Counted from the stretch's first letter, positions 9,834 through 19,921 are shown. The stretch: DNA of 64,000 bases from an uncultured delta proteobacterium (GCA_963790475.1 CAWBOS010000015.1:160001-224000), one strand, 5' to 3'. The notes: generated by a model from the letters alone, not told the origin. Made by a program: numbers and translations.

Positions 9834-11078
9834 ATGGAAAGAAGAGTCGTCATAACAGCCTGTTCCGCAATTACTCCTATTGGCCATTCCAAAGAAGAAA
9901 TTGTCAATAGCCTGGTCAGTGGAATTTCCGGAGTAAAACCATTACGTCAGGATGATCTGCTGGCAAAGTATATCCATTCCAAAGTTTTCGGAACAGTAGA
10001 TTATCCGCTTGAGTATGATTTCAAACGCATACATCGCAAGACGATGGGGCCGGTTGCCTATTATGCCTGTCAGGTGGCCAAGGAAGTTATTGAGGCCTCC
10101 GGGTTAGATAATGAGTTTATCACCTCCGGACGATTAGGCGTGGCCTTTGGATCAACCCATGGCAGCCCTACGGTTCAGAGGGAAATATATAAAATCTTTT
10201 TCGGGGGCTCTTCTTCCGAATATGCAAAAATCGGCGCGGTAGAATACCTGAAGTCCATGGTCCATACGACAGCCGTGAATATCACCAAGATGTTTGGTAT
10301 TACGGGCCGGGTCATTTCTTCCTCTACGGCCTGCACCACCGGAAGCCAGTCCCTCGGTTATGGATATGAATCGATCAAGTTCGGGATGCAGGACGCCATG
10401 CTTTGCGGCGGGGCCGACGAATATGACACCACCACCGTTGCCGTTTTCGATAATCTGTTGGCCTGTTCAACCGCCTTTAATGAAACCCCGCATCTCACCC
10501 CCCGTCCCTTTGACTCCAGAAGAGACGGTCTTGTAGTTGGAGAAGGCGCCGGGGCAGTTTTGTTGGAAGAATATGAACACGCCCGGAAGCGGGGGGGCAA
10601 TATTCTGGCCGAAGTCATTGGGTTTGCCTGTAACAATAACGGCGGAGATTTGATTTTGCCCAACCTGGAGGGCATCACCCAGACCCTTCGCCTTGGCCTG
10701 GAGAATGCCAGGATTTCCCCGGATCAGGTTGATTTCGTGAGCGCTCATGCCACGGGAACCAAAATGGGAGACATTATCGAGGCCCAGGCTATTCATAAGG
10801 TCTATGGGAATTCACCCTGGGTCACCGGTTTAAAAAGCTATATGGGGCATACGATGGGGTCCTGCGGTGCCATTGAAACGATCCTCTGCACTTACATGAT
10901 GGAAGCAGGATTCATCGCTCCGACTTTGAATCTGGAGGTCGTTGATGACCGATGTGCCATGATTCGGCATTCGCTGAAACTTCAGGAAGGAAAAATCCGA
11001 ATCGCCGCTATTCAAAATTTTGCCTTTGGGGGAGTTAATACCTGCCTGATTATCAAAAATCCAGCCGAAGCTATTTGA
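9834..11078 (+). CDS. Beta-ketoacyl-ACP synthase (FabB/F family)
   Basis: STACTTG (Cys), SAHATGT (His), KSYMGHT (His), NFAFGG; catalytic triad intact. Confidence 0.93.
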   Translation: MERRVVITACSAITPIGHSKEEIVNSLVSGISGVKPLRQDDLLAKYIHSKVFGTVDYPLEYDFKRIHRKTMGPVAYYACQVAKEVIEASGLDNEFITSGRLGVAFGSTHGSPTVQREIYKIFFGGSSSEYAKIGAVEYLKSMVHTTAVNITKMFGITGRVISSSTACTTGSQSLGYGYESIKFGMQDAMLCGGADEYDTTTVAVFDNLLACSTAFNETPHLTPRPFDSRRDGLVVGEGAGAVLLEEYEHARKRGGNILAEVIGFACNNNGGDLILPNLEGITQTLRLGLENARISPDQVDFVSAHATGTKMGDIIEAQAIHKVYGNSPWVTGLKSYMGHTMGSCGAIETILCTYMMEAGFIAPTLNLEVVDDRCAMIRHSLKLQEGKIRIAAIQNFAFGGVNTCLIIKNPAEAI

Positions 11079-11132
11079 TACACAGTTAGAGATAAATTCT
11101 CAGATTAATGGTGCAAGCCTCTAAAATAGAAA

Positions 11133-11897
11133 ATGACCATTCCCAAATGGATTAAACGTTCCATTGATTTTATTGTCACCCTTACTTTATGGTTTTATTT
11201 TACCTTAGGCTATTTTATCTTATTCTCCCCCTTTTACTTCTTTTCCTTCTTTTTTTCTAACAACCGCGAAAATTCTTTCCAAAAATTGAATCAACGATAT
11301 TTCAAGTCGTTTTTTAGGGTTCTGCAAATCATCACTCCCGGTTTAAATATACATATCGACCATGACGTTTATTCCATCCGTTGTTCAGTTATTGTGTGTA
11401 ATCATATTTCCTACTTTGACCCGATTCTTCTGCTTTCGCTGTTTGAAAAACAAAAAACAGTAGTTAAAAGAACATTTCTGAAGGTGCCTATTCTGGGATG
11501 GCTGTTGAAAACATCCGGGTATTGGTTTACAACGACAGATGAGACTTTCACCTCTTTCATGGAAGGTGTTGAGAACCTGAACGATTATCTGTTATCGGGT
11601 GGAAATATATTTATCTTTCCGGAAGGTACCAGAAGCCGGGATGGGAAAATTGGGCGCCTGAACAAGGGAGCCTTTACCATTGCCAAACGATGTCGGGCTC
11701 CGATTCAGGTGTTGATGGTCAAGAATACGAATAGGTTGTATGCGCCGGGGAAATTGTTGGTTAATACCTGTATTCCCAATACGATTGAAGTAAAACGGAT
11801 TTTAAGCCTCCATCCGGAATACACCGGCGATACTTTTTCGATTCATACACTGATGGAGCAAGTCAGGCAAGCCTATGAACGCCAAAGCGAGACCTAA
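11133..11897 (+). CDS. Lysophospholipid acyltransferase (PlsC family)
   Basis: CNHISYFD (HX4D), FPEGTRS; hydrophobic N-terminus. Confidence 0.9.
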   Translation: MTIPKWIKRSIDFIVTLTLWFYFTLGYFILFSPFYFFSFFFSNNRENSFQKLNQRYFKSFFRVLQIITPGLNIHIDHDVYSIRCSVIVCNHISYFDPILLLSLFEKQKTVVKRTFLKVPILGWLLKTSGYWFTTTDETFTSFMEGVENLNDYLLSGGNIFIFPEGTRSRDGKIGRLNKGAFTIAKRCRAPIQVLMVKNTNRLYAPGKLLVNTCIPNTIEVKRILSLHPEYTGDTFSIHTLMEQVRQAYERQSET

Positions 11898-12034
11898 GGC
11901 CCAGGGGCTGGAGATTCCTCCCCTAGCCTGACTCATCGAACCCCGGTCATCGCTTCATTGGAAACAAAACGGTTTAATCGGTCGGTTATGCACACCCGAC
12001 CTTCCAGGGAAGTTTTATAGAAAGGGAGCAATTA

Positions 12035-13522
12035 ATGTTTACCCCTGAAGAGGGCAAGGAAAAAGTCCTGGTCATCGGCTCCGGCATCGGCGGCCTGAGC
12101 ACGGGCATCATTTTAGCCAAGCTCGGTTTTGAGGTCACCGTCATCGAGAAGAATCGACAGCCCGGCGGGTTGATGCGTAGCTATGCTCGCCGGGGAGTGC
12201 AGTGTAACGTCGGTCTGCATTACCTGGGGGGATTGGATCAGGGCCAGATTCTGCGCCGCTGTTTCGATTTTCTGGACATTACGGATCAGCTTCCACTTAT
12301 TCGGATGGGGGTCGACGGGCCAGTGGATCGGTATCTTTTCGCCGACAACCATCTTGGGATCGACGGTTTTGATGTGCCCACCGGCTTTGAAGCTTACCAA
12401 GCGGGTCTGAACGCCGCCTTTCCAGCCCAAAGAAACCAGGTGGCCGCTTTGATGACCAGGTTACGCCGCAGCGCCGATCAATTAGACCGGCTGTCTTTTC
12501 TATATTCCGAACAGGTGACGGAGCACTGGTTTGATCAAGCCGAGCCGCTGGGGACGATTTTCGACCGGCTTGGCTGTTCCCCCGGTCTGCGGGCGGTCTT
12601 CGGCCTGCCATCGGTCTTGATTGGTGTGCCACACGAGGTGTGTCCCCAGTTCTATCACACCATGACCCTGGCCAGCTACCTGTTGTCGGCCTGGCGACTA
12701 AAAGGACCGGGAGCGACTATGGCCGACGTCTGCGCTCAACGACTGACATCCCTGGGAGGAGGCTTGCGTACCGGAGAGGCGGTAACCGCCATTCGAACGG
12801 CTGATGGCCGCGTCCGGGGTGTAACCCTGGATTCGGGTGAAACCCTGGACGCCTCCCTCGTTGTCGGCACCATCCATCCCAGAGGGATGATCGAGTTACT
12901 GGGGCCTGACGTCCTTAAAGCTTCCTATCGTCGGCGGATCATGGGGTTAAAAAATACACCCGGTATGATGGCGGTGCATGCCCTGGTGCCGGCCGAGAGG
13001 CACCCCGAAATTTTGCATAATCTCTACGCGATACAGGCCGATCCCAACGGCGGGCTTCGAGACCTGATCTTCCTGCAATTGCGTTCCAGCGACCTAACGG
13101 GGCAAAACCTGCTGACACTGATCACTTCCGGTCATGATGAAATATGGCAGACCTGGCAGCAGACCCGCTCCGGCCAGCGTGGTCCGAATTACATCAAAAA
13201 GAAGATGGAATTGGCCCAGGAGATCATTGGAAGGGCGGAAAAGATTATGGGCCCCTTCCATGGGCTACAGATCCTCGACATCTTTACCCCTTTAACCATC
13301 CGGGATTGGGTCAACAGCCCCGAAGGTTCTGCCTACGGGGTGATGCGCTCGGCCGAACAGATGCTTTCGGCCGCGCTTTTGAATCGCACCTCGTTGCGGG
13401 GTCTCTTTTTGGCCGGCCAGAGTGTGTTGTCCCCAGGAATTTTGGGAACCATTTTGGGTTCTTTCACCACTGTGAAATATATCGTGGGTTCAGAGCGATT
13501 CCGGCGGGAGGTGCGGATCTAG
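12035..13522 (+). CDS. Phytoene desaturase-like FAD-dependent oxidoreductase
   Basis: VIGSGIGG...EK..PGG FAD fold; TPLTIRDW..SPEGSAYG; GLFLAGQS. Confidence 0.85.
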   Translation: MFTPEEGKEKVLVIGSGIGGLSTGIILAKLGFEVTVIEKNRQPGGLMRSYARRGVQCNVGLHYLGGLDQGQILRRCFDFLDITDQLPLIRMGVDGPVDRYLFADNHLGIDGFDVPTGFEAYQAGLNAAFPAQRNQVAALMTRLRRSADQLDRLSFLYSEQVTEHWFDQAEPLGTIFDRLGCSPGLRAVFGLPSVLIGVPHEVCPQFYHTMTLASYLLSAWRLKGPGATMADVCAQRLTSLGGGLRTGEAVTAIRTADGRVRGVTLDSGETLDASLVVGTIHPRGMIELLGPDVLKASYRRRIMGLKNTPGMMAVHALVPAERHPEILHNLYAIQADPNGGLRDLIFLQLRSSDLTGQNLLTLITSGHDEIWQTWQQTRSGQRGPNYIKKKMELAQEIIGRAEKIMGPFHGLQILDIFTPLTIRDWVNSPEGSAYGVMRSAEQMLSAALLNRTSLRGLFLAGQSVLSPGILGTILGSFTTVKYIVGSERFRREVRI

Positions 13523-13767
13523 TCTCTTAGGGAAAATCGTACCCAGGCCATCAACTTTGGTCATTCTACCTGACAAAACTTTGCTTCCAATAATCACTTA
13601 AAATAAGAAGTCGGATAGTCCCTTCTCTTATAATATATTTCAATTAAAAAAGGATCTTATCAGGAATATCTCTTCTGGCTTGATATCAGGCAGATGAAGA
13701 AATATAATTGATACCGCCAATCCTGAAAGGTTAGCCTCACCCTCTTAACCTGAACAAGAGGTCGTTT

Positions 13768-14035
13768 GTGAAAGACGAATTACTCTTGAGTCAACTTGAA
13801 GACCTGGCGTATAAGTTGGGAATAACCATTCGCCATTTCAAGTTCATCCGTTATGAATCATCCGGTCGAGGAGGGCTTTGCCGGATACGGGGGGAATATG
13901 TTTTGTTTGTTGACTCTCAGGCAACAACAAAAGAAAAAATATTGGTCACGATAGAGGCCCTTAAAACAGTTCGACCTTGGTGACCTTCATCTCCTGCCGG
14001 ATATCCGGGGCCTCTTGGAGGGGTCCAAAAAATAA
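13768..14035 (+). pseudogene. Small conserved hypothetical protein with an apparent frameshift near 13963
   Basis: GGLCRIRGE core; removing one A from CTTAAAACAG extends the frame to KQFDLGDLHLLPDIRGLLEGSKK*. Confidence 0.55.
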
Positions 14036-14067
14036 CTTGGGAAATTAGGGAATGGAGGCAGACGGAT

Positions 14068-14529
14068 ATGAAATCACAGAAACCAATCTTTAGGATTCTA
14101 CCGAGTTTCTCACTGGTATTAATACTCTTAACTGGATTAAGCGGCCTGGCAGTCGGAAAGTCACCGCTGGATGATGGTGCCATAAAGGGGTACGACACCG
14201 TCGCCTATTTCCAGGCCGGCCAAGCACAAAGGGGCAACGAGTCCTTTTCATTCCAGTGGCATGGTATGACCTGGTATTTCTCAACCAAAGAGAACAAGGA
14301 TCTGTTCACGACCAATCCTGAGAAATACGCTCCGCAATATGACGGTTATTGTGCCTGGGCCATGTCGGAAGGACGGAAAGCCCAAGCCGATCCTGAAGTA
14401 TGGAAGATTGTTAACGGAAAGCTTTACCTGAATTGTAGCCCGACGGCCTATGAAAAATGGAGTAGGGATATTCCCGGTAACATCAAAAAGGCCGATACGG
14501 ACTGGCTAAAATTTTCCGGTAGAAATTGA
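14068..14529 (+). CDS. Secreted YHS-domain protein
   Basis: Signal peptide; GYDTVAYF, PEKYAPQYDGYCAWAM, WKIVNGKLYLN. Confidence 0.88.
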   Translation: MKSQKPIFRILPSFSLVLILLTGLSGLAVGKSPLDDGAIKGYDTVAYFQAGQAQRGNESFSFQWHGMTWYFSTKENKDLFTTNPEKYAPQYDGYCAWAMSEGRKAQADPEVWKIVNGKLYLNCSPTAYEKWSRDIPGNIKKADTDWLKFSGRN

Positions 14530-14611
14530 TCGTCTGACATCCATATCAATGGTTCCTGATAACCATACTGATGGCAATGCTTGAGCGGGGCTGGACCCCG
14601 GTAATGACTAT

Positions 14612-14806
14612 CTACGTCCTGGACCAGGTGTTCCGGATGGGTGAATGATATCCTTGAAGTAAGGATGATAACCCTTCCCCGGTATATCCGGTTATCCGAC
14701 AAAACGCCTCATTGACCTTGGTGAAGCGGAAGTCCGGGCTTGCTATACACATTCCGAGAGGGCCTTCCTCGAAAACCCTGCGGAAACATTCTTCGTTCTC
14801 CCTCAA
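14612..14806 (-). pseudogene. PAS domain fragment
   Basis: EECFRRVFEEGPLGM...VNEAFCRITGY; frame breaks before the expected DIxHP motif; no output domain. Confidence 0.7.
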
Positions 14807-15030
14807 GGCCTGTTCGTTGTATCGGGATTTAGACTCTATTTCTTCCCAATGGGCTCTCTTTACAGAAACGGGGTTTATTAATCCTTCGACACTCCTTCTT
14901 TAAGGGTTGTCAGCAATGAAACGGGTTATTAAATTTCATTCCCTGGGGGCAATGGGCCATGGGTTGTCCGCCGAAAATAATGCGGAGAATTTATCAACCC
15001 ATTGTCCATAGCTTATTGTCCCGGTAGAAC

Positions 15031-15897
15031 TTATTTCTTGTGATTGTACCAGCCGGCCCCGGTCTTACGACCCAGGCGGTTGGCCCGGATCATGGTTTTA
15101 TGCAGATTGGGAACTACCCACTTATTCTCTTTGTTCAGTTCATTGTAAAAATAATCAGCCACATCTTTGGCGATATCCAGACCGGTCAGGTCCATCAGTT
15201 CAAAAGGTCCCATGGGGTAGTTGAGCCCCAGTTTGACGGCCTTATCCACGTCTTCCGGTGTAGCAATGCCTTCCTCAACAATTTTGACCGCTTCGATAAA
15301 ATGGGGGATCATTACCCGGTTGACCACGAATCCCGGCGTATCCTTTTTGACCTCGATTGTTTCCTTGCCCATCTTTTTAGCCAAACCGGTCGTAACCTGA
15401 ACGGTTTCATCACTGGTCTGATAGGCCCGAATAATCTCCACCAAGCGCATCAAGGGAACGGGGTTAAAAAAATGCATACCCACCACCCTGTCCGGCCGCT
15501 GAGTGGCTACGGCGATCTCGGTGATCGACATGGAAGAGGTATTGGTGGCCAGGATGACCTCGGGCCGGCAAATGCCGTCCAATTCTTTAAAAACCGCCTT
15601 CTTTAAGTTGAGGTCTTCGAGAACGGCCTCGATCACAAAATCCACATCCTTGAGGTCAGACATACTGGTGGTCCCTTTGATCCGCCCCAGAATTTCCTTT
15701 TTCTGGTCTTCAGTCATCTTGCCCTTTTCAACACTTTTACCCAAAAAACCGGTAATGTTTTTAAGGCCCTTTTCCACAAACCGGTCCTCCAGGTCGCGCA
15801 TCACTACCGAACATCCGATCTGGGCCGCTAACTGGGCGATTCCGTTGCCCATGGTACCCGCGCCGACCACACCAATCTTTTTTATCTCCATAAACAA
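15031..15897 (-). CDS. hbd: 3-hydroxybutyryl-CoA (3-hydroxyacyl-CoA) dehydrogenase
   Basis: GAGTMGNGIA, ATNTSS, GMHFFNP, PGFVVNR, PMGPFEL, LGRKTG. Confidence 0.93.
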   Translation of the reverse strand: MFMEIKKIGVVGAGTMGNGIAQLAAQIGCSVVMRDLEDRFVEKGLKNITGFLGKSVEKGKMTEDQKKEILGRIKGTTSMSDLKDVDFVIEAVLEDLNLKKAVFKELDGICRPEVILATNTSSMSITEIAVATQRPDRVVGMHFFNPVPLMRLVEIIRAYQTSDETVQVTTGLAKKMGKETIEVKKDTPGFVVNRVMIPHFIEAVKIVEEGIATPEDVDKAVKLGLNYPMGPFELMDLTGLDIAKDVADYFYNELNKENKWVVPNLHKTMIRANRLGRKTGAGWYNHKK

Positions 15898-16053
15898 ACC
15901 TCCTTTAACGACTGATATTTTTGTTGAGACTATATCTTCTATTGCCCGTTTGTCAATTGTGAAAGGCGATAAGGAATCGGCTCGGAAGAAGACCCCCTCA
16001 TCTGAAAAGTAATACCCATCCGCGCCGCCACTCCCTTTATACTAAACTTCTTC

Positions 16054-16082
16054 TTGACAGGAAAATCGAAATAACATAAATT
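16054..16082 (+). promoter_or_regulatory. Sigma70 promoter TTGACA-17-TAAATT
   Basis: Hexamers at 16054-16059 and 16077-16082; ATG 7 nt downstream. Confidence 0.65.
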
Positions 16083-16089
16083 TCAGGCC

Positions 16090-16233
16090 ATGGAAACCAA
16101 AGATCAAAAAATCAAACCCGACACTTCCCAGGACTGGATGATTATTTCCATTGTTTTCTGGATTGTCTTTGTTCTGATCGTCACCATCGGGTATTTGGTC
16201 AACCCCAATTATGTACCCCCTATCAAACCATAA
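16090..16233 (+). CDS. 47-aa single-pass membrane protein (below the ORF-track cutoff)
   Basis: METKDQKIKPDTSQDWMIISIVFWIVFVLIVTIGYLVNPNYVPPIKP*; one clear TM helix; promoter directly upstream. Confidence 0.6.
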   Translation: METKDQKIKPDTSQDWMIISIVFWIVFVLIVTIGYLVNPNYVPPIKP

Positions 16234-16305
16234 ATTTCGGATTTCGGAATTTAGACTTGGAGCCCCGGCCGCTCATTACTATTATCCATGATCCGGCCTT
16301 GACCC

Positions 16306-17751
16306 TCAAAGGCCTAATCTGCTTTTAGCCCATTCCAGGGCCTTTTCCCGACTTGAAATCTTTCCTTCCAATTGTTCTTCCTGGAGTTCCGACAGTAAAG
16401 TTTTGAATAATGGGCCGGGGGTAAAGCCCAGTTCTATCAGATCTCTTCCGAAAATAAGAGGGGAGATTCCCCCCAGGGGACGATTGATTTCGTCCCTGGC
16501 GGAAAGGGTGTCGCGCCACAAATCTTTAAGCCGGTCTTCCAGGTCTTTTGGTTTTTCTATACCCTGGGCGGCCAGGCTGTCGGCCAGGGCCAATAAGAAT
16601 ATCCCGTTTAGTTCGCCTCCGATTTCTCTCACGAACCGGATCACGGCCCGGCGGGTCAGGGATTTGTTTATCATTTCTTGAACCAGACTCAGGGGTCGCA
16701 TGTGCCGGCCGATCATCCGATCGATAAAAATTTTTTCACGGTTGCCGAGACGATATCGTTCGGCAATAGAACCGAACCGATCCCGAGAAACCTCGGGATG
16801 CCCGTAAAAGGTCCTATGCCCTGCCCTTTCAGCCCCGGTTGCCGCCTTCCCCAGGTCGTGCAGCAGGGCCGCCCATTTTAGCCAGGCTGCTTTTTTGTCT
16901 TCTTTCAGATAAGAAACCATTTCCGCATCCAGGTTTTCCGGCAAGGGAATGACCTTTTGAATCAGACCTTCCAAACATCGAAGGGTAAGCAGACTGTGCT
17001 GGTAAACGTCAAGGTGATGATACCGATCCTGAATCATCCCTTTTAAATGTCCTATCTCCGGAAAAAGAACTTCCAACAGGCCGGAGGGCTCCATTCCTTG
17101 AATAGAAACAAAACTCGAGGACTGGGAGAGCAATCCCAACCACTCCTGGTGAATACGTTCCGGAGCACTTCGGGTCAGGATTGGAGCTGATTTTTGAATG
17201 GCCTGCCCGGTATCAGGATCAATGGTCATACCCAGTTGAGCCGACAAACGGAAGGCCCGAAGCATTCGCAAAGGATCTTGTTCAAAACAATCCGGGGCGG
17301 CCATGCGCAGAACCCTGTCCTGCAAGTCCCGTATCCCATTTAAAGGATCATAAGGGACCCATTCCCTTTGGACAAAGGCCTGCGCCAAAGGAAGGCCGAT
17401 GGCATTAACCGTGAAATCCCGTCTCCTCAGGTCCGTTTCCAGGTCAGGACCTCGAAATCCGGCGAAATCGAAGGTGCGGCCCTGAAGGACCACCCGGGCC
17501 ATCTCCCCTTCTTTACGAAGTAAAACAAAAGTCCCGCCTGTCCTGTCGGCAAATATTCGGGCGGTTTTCAGAGATTCTTTAGAAAGGGTTATATCCACAT
17601 CCCGGGTGCCCCTGGTGAGCAGACGGTCTCGTACCAAGCCGCCGACCAGGAAAATCTCTGCACCAACTTCCTGTGAGATTCTAAGGAGCAGGCTGAATTC
17701 GGGTTGATCGACCACCCACTGGCGCAGTTTTTTTATTTGCTCTGTTTCCAT
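16306..17751 (-). CDS. Class II tRNA nucleotidyltransferase with HD domain (probably CC-adding type)
   Basis: VGGLVRD..DVD, RRDFTVNA, DPLRMLRAFR, LLHDLGK. Confidence 0.88.
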   Translation of the reverse strand: METEQIKKLRQWVVDQPEFSLLLRISQEVGAEIFLVGGLVRDRLLTRGTRDVDITLSKESLKTARIFADRTGGTFVLLRKEGEMARVVLQGRTFDFAGFRGPDLETDLRRRDFTVNAIGLPLAQAFVQREWVPYDPLNGIRDLQDRVLRMAAPDCFEQDPLRMLRAFRLSAQLGMTIDPDTGQAIQKSAPILTRSAPERIHQEWLGLLSQSSSFVSIQGMEPSGLLEVLFPEIGHLKGMIQDRYHHLDVYQHSLLTLRCLEGLIQKVIPLPENLDAEMVSYLKEDKKAAWLKWAALLHDLGKAATGAERAGHRTFYGHPEVSRDRFGSIAERYRLGNREKIFIDRMIGRHMRPLSLVQEMINKSLTRRAVIRFVREIGGELNGIFLLALADSLAAQGIEKPKDLEDRLKDLWRDTLSARDEINRPLGGISPLIFGRDLIELGFTPGPLFKTLLSELQEEQLEGKISSREKALEWAKSRLGL

Positions 17752-17771
17752 GGCTTCAGGTATATACAGTT

Positions 17772-17940
17772 AAAATCAAAAGTCAAAGTTCGAAATGTTA
17801 AATTTCAAATTGCAGGATTTTTAATGATGTTTAATGAATTTGATCGCTTTCAACTTTGAACCTCATCTATTGCCCTTTACGTTTTAATCTTTAATTTGAG
17901 CTTTGAACTTTTAATTTCTAATTTTTCAGTTTCAACTTTG
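17772..17940. repeat. Degenerate AT-rich 7-mer tandem inverted repeats
   Basis: AAAATCA/AAAGTCA/AAGTTCG arm vs TTTTAAT/CTTTAAT/TTTGAAC arm in a divergent intergenic region. Confidence 0.55.
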
Positions 17941-17944
17941 CCCT

Positions 17945-19288
17945 ATGACGCCTTTCCCTGACATCCTCCTGATCAATCCCTATATCTGGGATTTTACCGC
18001 ATATGATCTCTGGGCCAAACCTCTGGGGTTGCTCTATCTGGCCGGGAGTCTGCGGGCCAATGGGTATCAGGTCCATCTGTTGGACTGTTTGGATATCCAT
18101 TTCCAAAGCACGGGGTCTGTGGGTCCTTTACCGCCCCGCAAAGCCTTCGGCACCGGGAAATATTTCCGTCAGCGTCTGGCCAAGCCTCCGGTCTTGCAGG
18201 ATATCCCCAAATATTACTATCGTTATGGGGTCCCTCCGTCCTATTTTCTTCAAGCCTTAAAAAAACTCCCCCCACCCCGGGCCGTTTTGATTACTTCTTC
18301 CATGACCTATTGGTATGAGGGGCTTGTTGAGACCAAGGAACTGGTTCGATCGGTTTTTCCTGAGACCCCGATCATCCTGGGCGGTATTTACGCCTCCTTG
18401 ATGCCCGATCATGCCCACAAGACCGTGCGCCCGGATCATCTTATCACCGGACCAGGGGAAGGGGCAATTTTAAAGTTGTTGGACTCCATAACAGGTCATG
18501 ACTCCACGCACCAACCGGGTCTTGAAGACTTGGATGCCTATCCCCTGCCGGCCTTTGATTTGTATCCCTGTCTGGATTATGTCTGCCTGCTGACTTCCCG
18601 GGGTTGTCCCTTTTCCTGCCCTTATTGCGCCTCTAAAATCCTTCAACCCGGGTTTCGCCGTCGTTCCGCAGAAGGGGTTGCCGATGAAATGGCCTACTGG
18701 AAGCGGACGAAAGGGATTTTGGATTTTGCCTTCTATGATGATGCCTTGCTGATCGGGTTTGAGAATCATCTGGGACCGGTACTGGAGACTATTCTTCGGC
18801 AAAACCTGGCCCTCCGCTTTCATACCCCCAACGCCGTTCATGTACGGGAGATTACCTTGGAGAGGGCGCGTCTCCTTTATAAGGCCGGTTTCAAAAACTT
18901 GCGACTGGGGTTGGAAACGACCAATTGGGAGCGGCAAAAGGCCTGGGGAGGCAAGATGGATAAAGCGGATCTTGACCGGGCTATCGCCTCGTTACGAAAA
19001 GGCGGGTTTGCACCTAATCAAATCGAGGCCTATTTGCTGATTGGTCTGCCGGGTCAAACGCTTCCGGAAATAGAACAGACCATCCGGGAGGTAAAGACCC
19101 TGGGTATCCGCCCCAGACTGGCCGAATATTCCCCCCTACCCCGAACGGTGCTCTGGCCTGAGGCCTGCCGGTCCTCCAGGTTCCCTTTGGCCGAAGATCC
19201 GGTTTTTCACAATAATTCTCTGGTTCCCTGTTTAAACCCTTTTTCCTGGAAAGCGGTCCAAGCCCTGAAGGACCTGGCCAGGGGTTAA
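17945..19288 (+). CDS. B12-binding domain radical SAM protein
   Basis: KPLGLLYLA, LGGIYAS, GPGE, SRGCPFSCPYC (CxxxCxxC), FYDD. Confidence 0.9.
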   Translation: MTPFPDILLINPYIWDFTAYDLWAKPLGLLYLAGSLRANGYQVHLLDCLDIHFQSTGSVGPLPPRKAFGTGKYFRQRLAKPPVLQDIPKYYYRYGVPPSYFLQALKKLPPPRAVLITSSMTYWYEGLVETKELVRSVFPETPIILGGIYASLMPDHAHKTVRPDHLITGPGEGAILKLLDSITGHDSTHQPGLEDLDAYPLPAFDLYPCLDYVCLLTSRGCPFSCPYCASKILQPGFRRRSAEGVADEMAYWKRTKGILDFAFYDDALLIGFENHLGPVLETILRQNLALRFHTPNAVHVREITLERARLLYKAGFKNLRLGLETTNWERQKAWGGKMDKADLDRAIASLRKGGFAPNQIEAYLLIGLPGQTLPEIEQTIREVKTLGIRPRLAEYSPLPRTVLWPEACRSSRFPLAEDPVFHNNSLVPCLNPFSWKAVQALKDLARG

Positions 19289-19635
19289 GGAACGTCGGAA
19301 GAAGACAGGAAGGAGTGGGGGCATTAGTAAGTTCAATCGGGATTGGTTGAAAAATTTTAAGATTGCCCTGAAACCTGAAAGCCGAAGGAAGATCAATCTT
19401 AGAGTTGGCGTTGAGCCGTTATAGGTATAATAAAAAGATATCTCTATTCTTTTTTTGGTCTACCTGCCCAATCATAAGTATCCCGGAAATAAACCTTTTA
19501 TTGGTAAAAACAAGACAAATTTTGTCCAATCATGGAAGTTAAAACCTGCCATTCATTCTATTCGCAACCCTCAAAGATTCCCTCTTAAGCCTTAACTTGT
19601 TAAAGAAATTGTAATTTCGCCACTTGATCAATTAA

Positions 19636-19651
19636 TGGCCTAATAATTGCA
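19636..19651 (+). promoter_or_regulatory. Sigma54 -24/-12 promoter
   Basis: TGGCCTAATAATTGCA = GG-N10-GC; palindrome GACAAATTTTGTC about 110 bp upstream as a candidate enhancer site. Confidence 0.65.
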
Positions 19652-19717
19652 GTTTAGAATAACTGGAATTAACTGGGAATATAAGCTTTTCAGTTTTTAC
19701 CGGAAAAAGGAATTTCT

Positions 19718-19921
19718 ATGAGACAATTTAGGGATAGTGTTCTCAAAGCGGATGAAATATCGGAATGGTTGAGGATTCCCAAATCGACCATTTATAAGCT
19801 CTGCCTGGAAGGGCAGATTCCCGGGACAAAAATCGGCCGGCACTGGCGGTTTGACCGTAACGATATTGAGATTTGGTTCAAGAATAGAATTAAAAATGGA
19901 AACCGGGAGGTTAGCCGATGA
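19718..19921 (+). CDS. Excisionase-like helix-turn-helix protein (HTH_17)
   Basis: EISEWLRIPKSTIYKL...IPGTKIGRHWRF. Confidence 0.85.
   Translation: MRQFRDSVLKADEISEWLRIPKSTIYKLCLEGQIPGTKIGRHWRFDRNDIEIWFKNRIKNGNREVSR

Noticed and set aside
17945-19288. B12 radical SAM as part of the FAS cluster (ladderane-like)
   Set aside because: More than 4 kb away and separated by unrelated, oppositely oriented genes
19718-19921. Excisionase as a prophage or ICE marker
   Set aside because: No integrase or phage genes; the context points to a regulator
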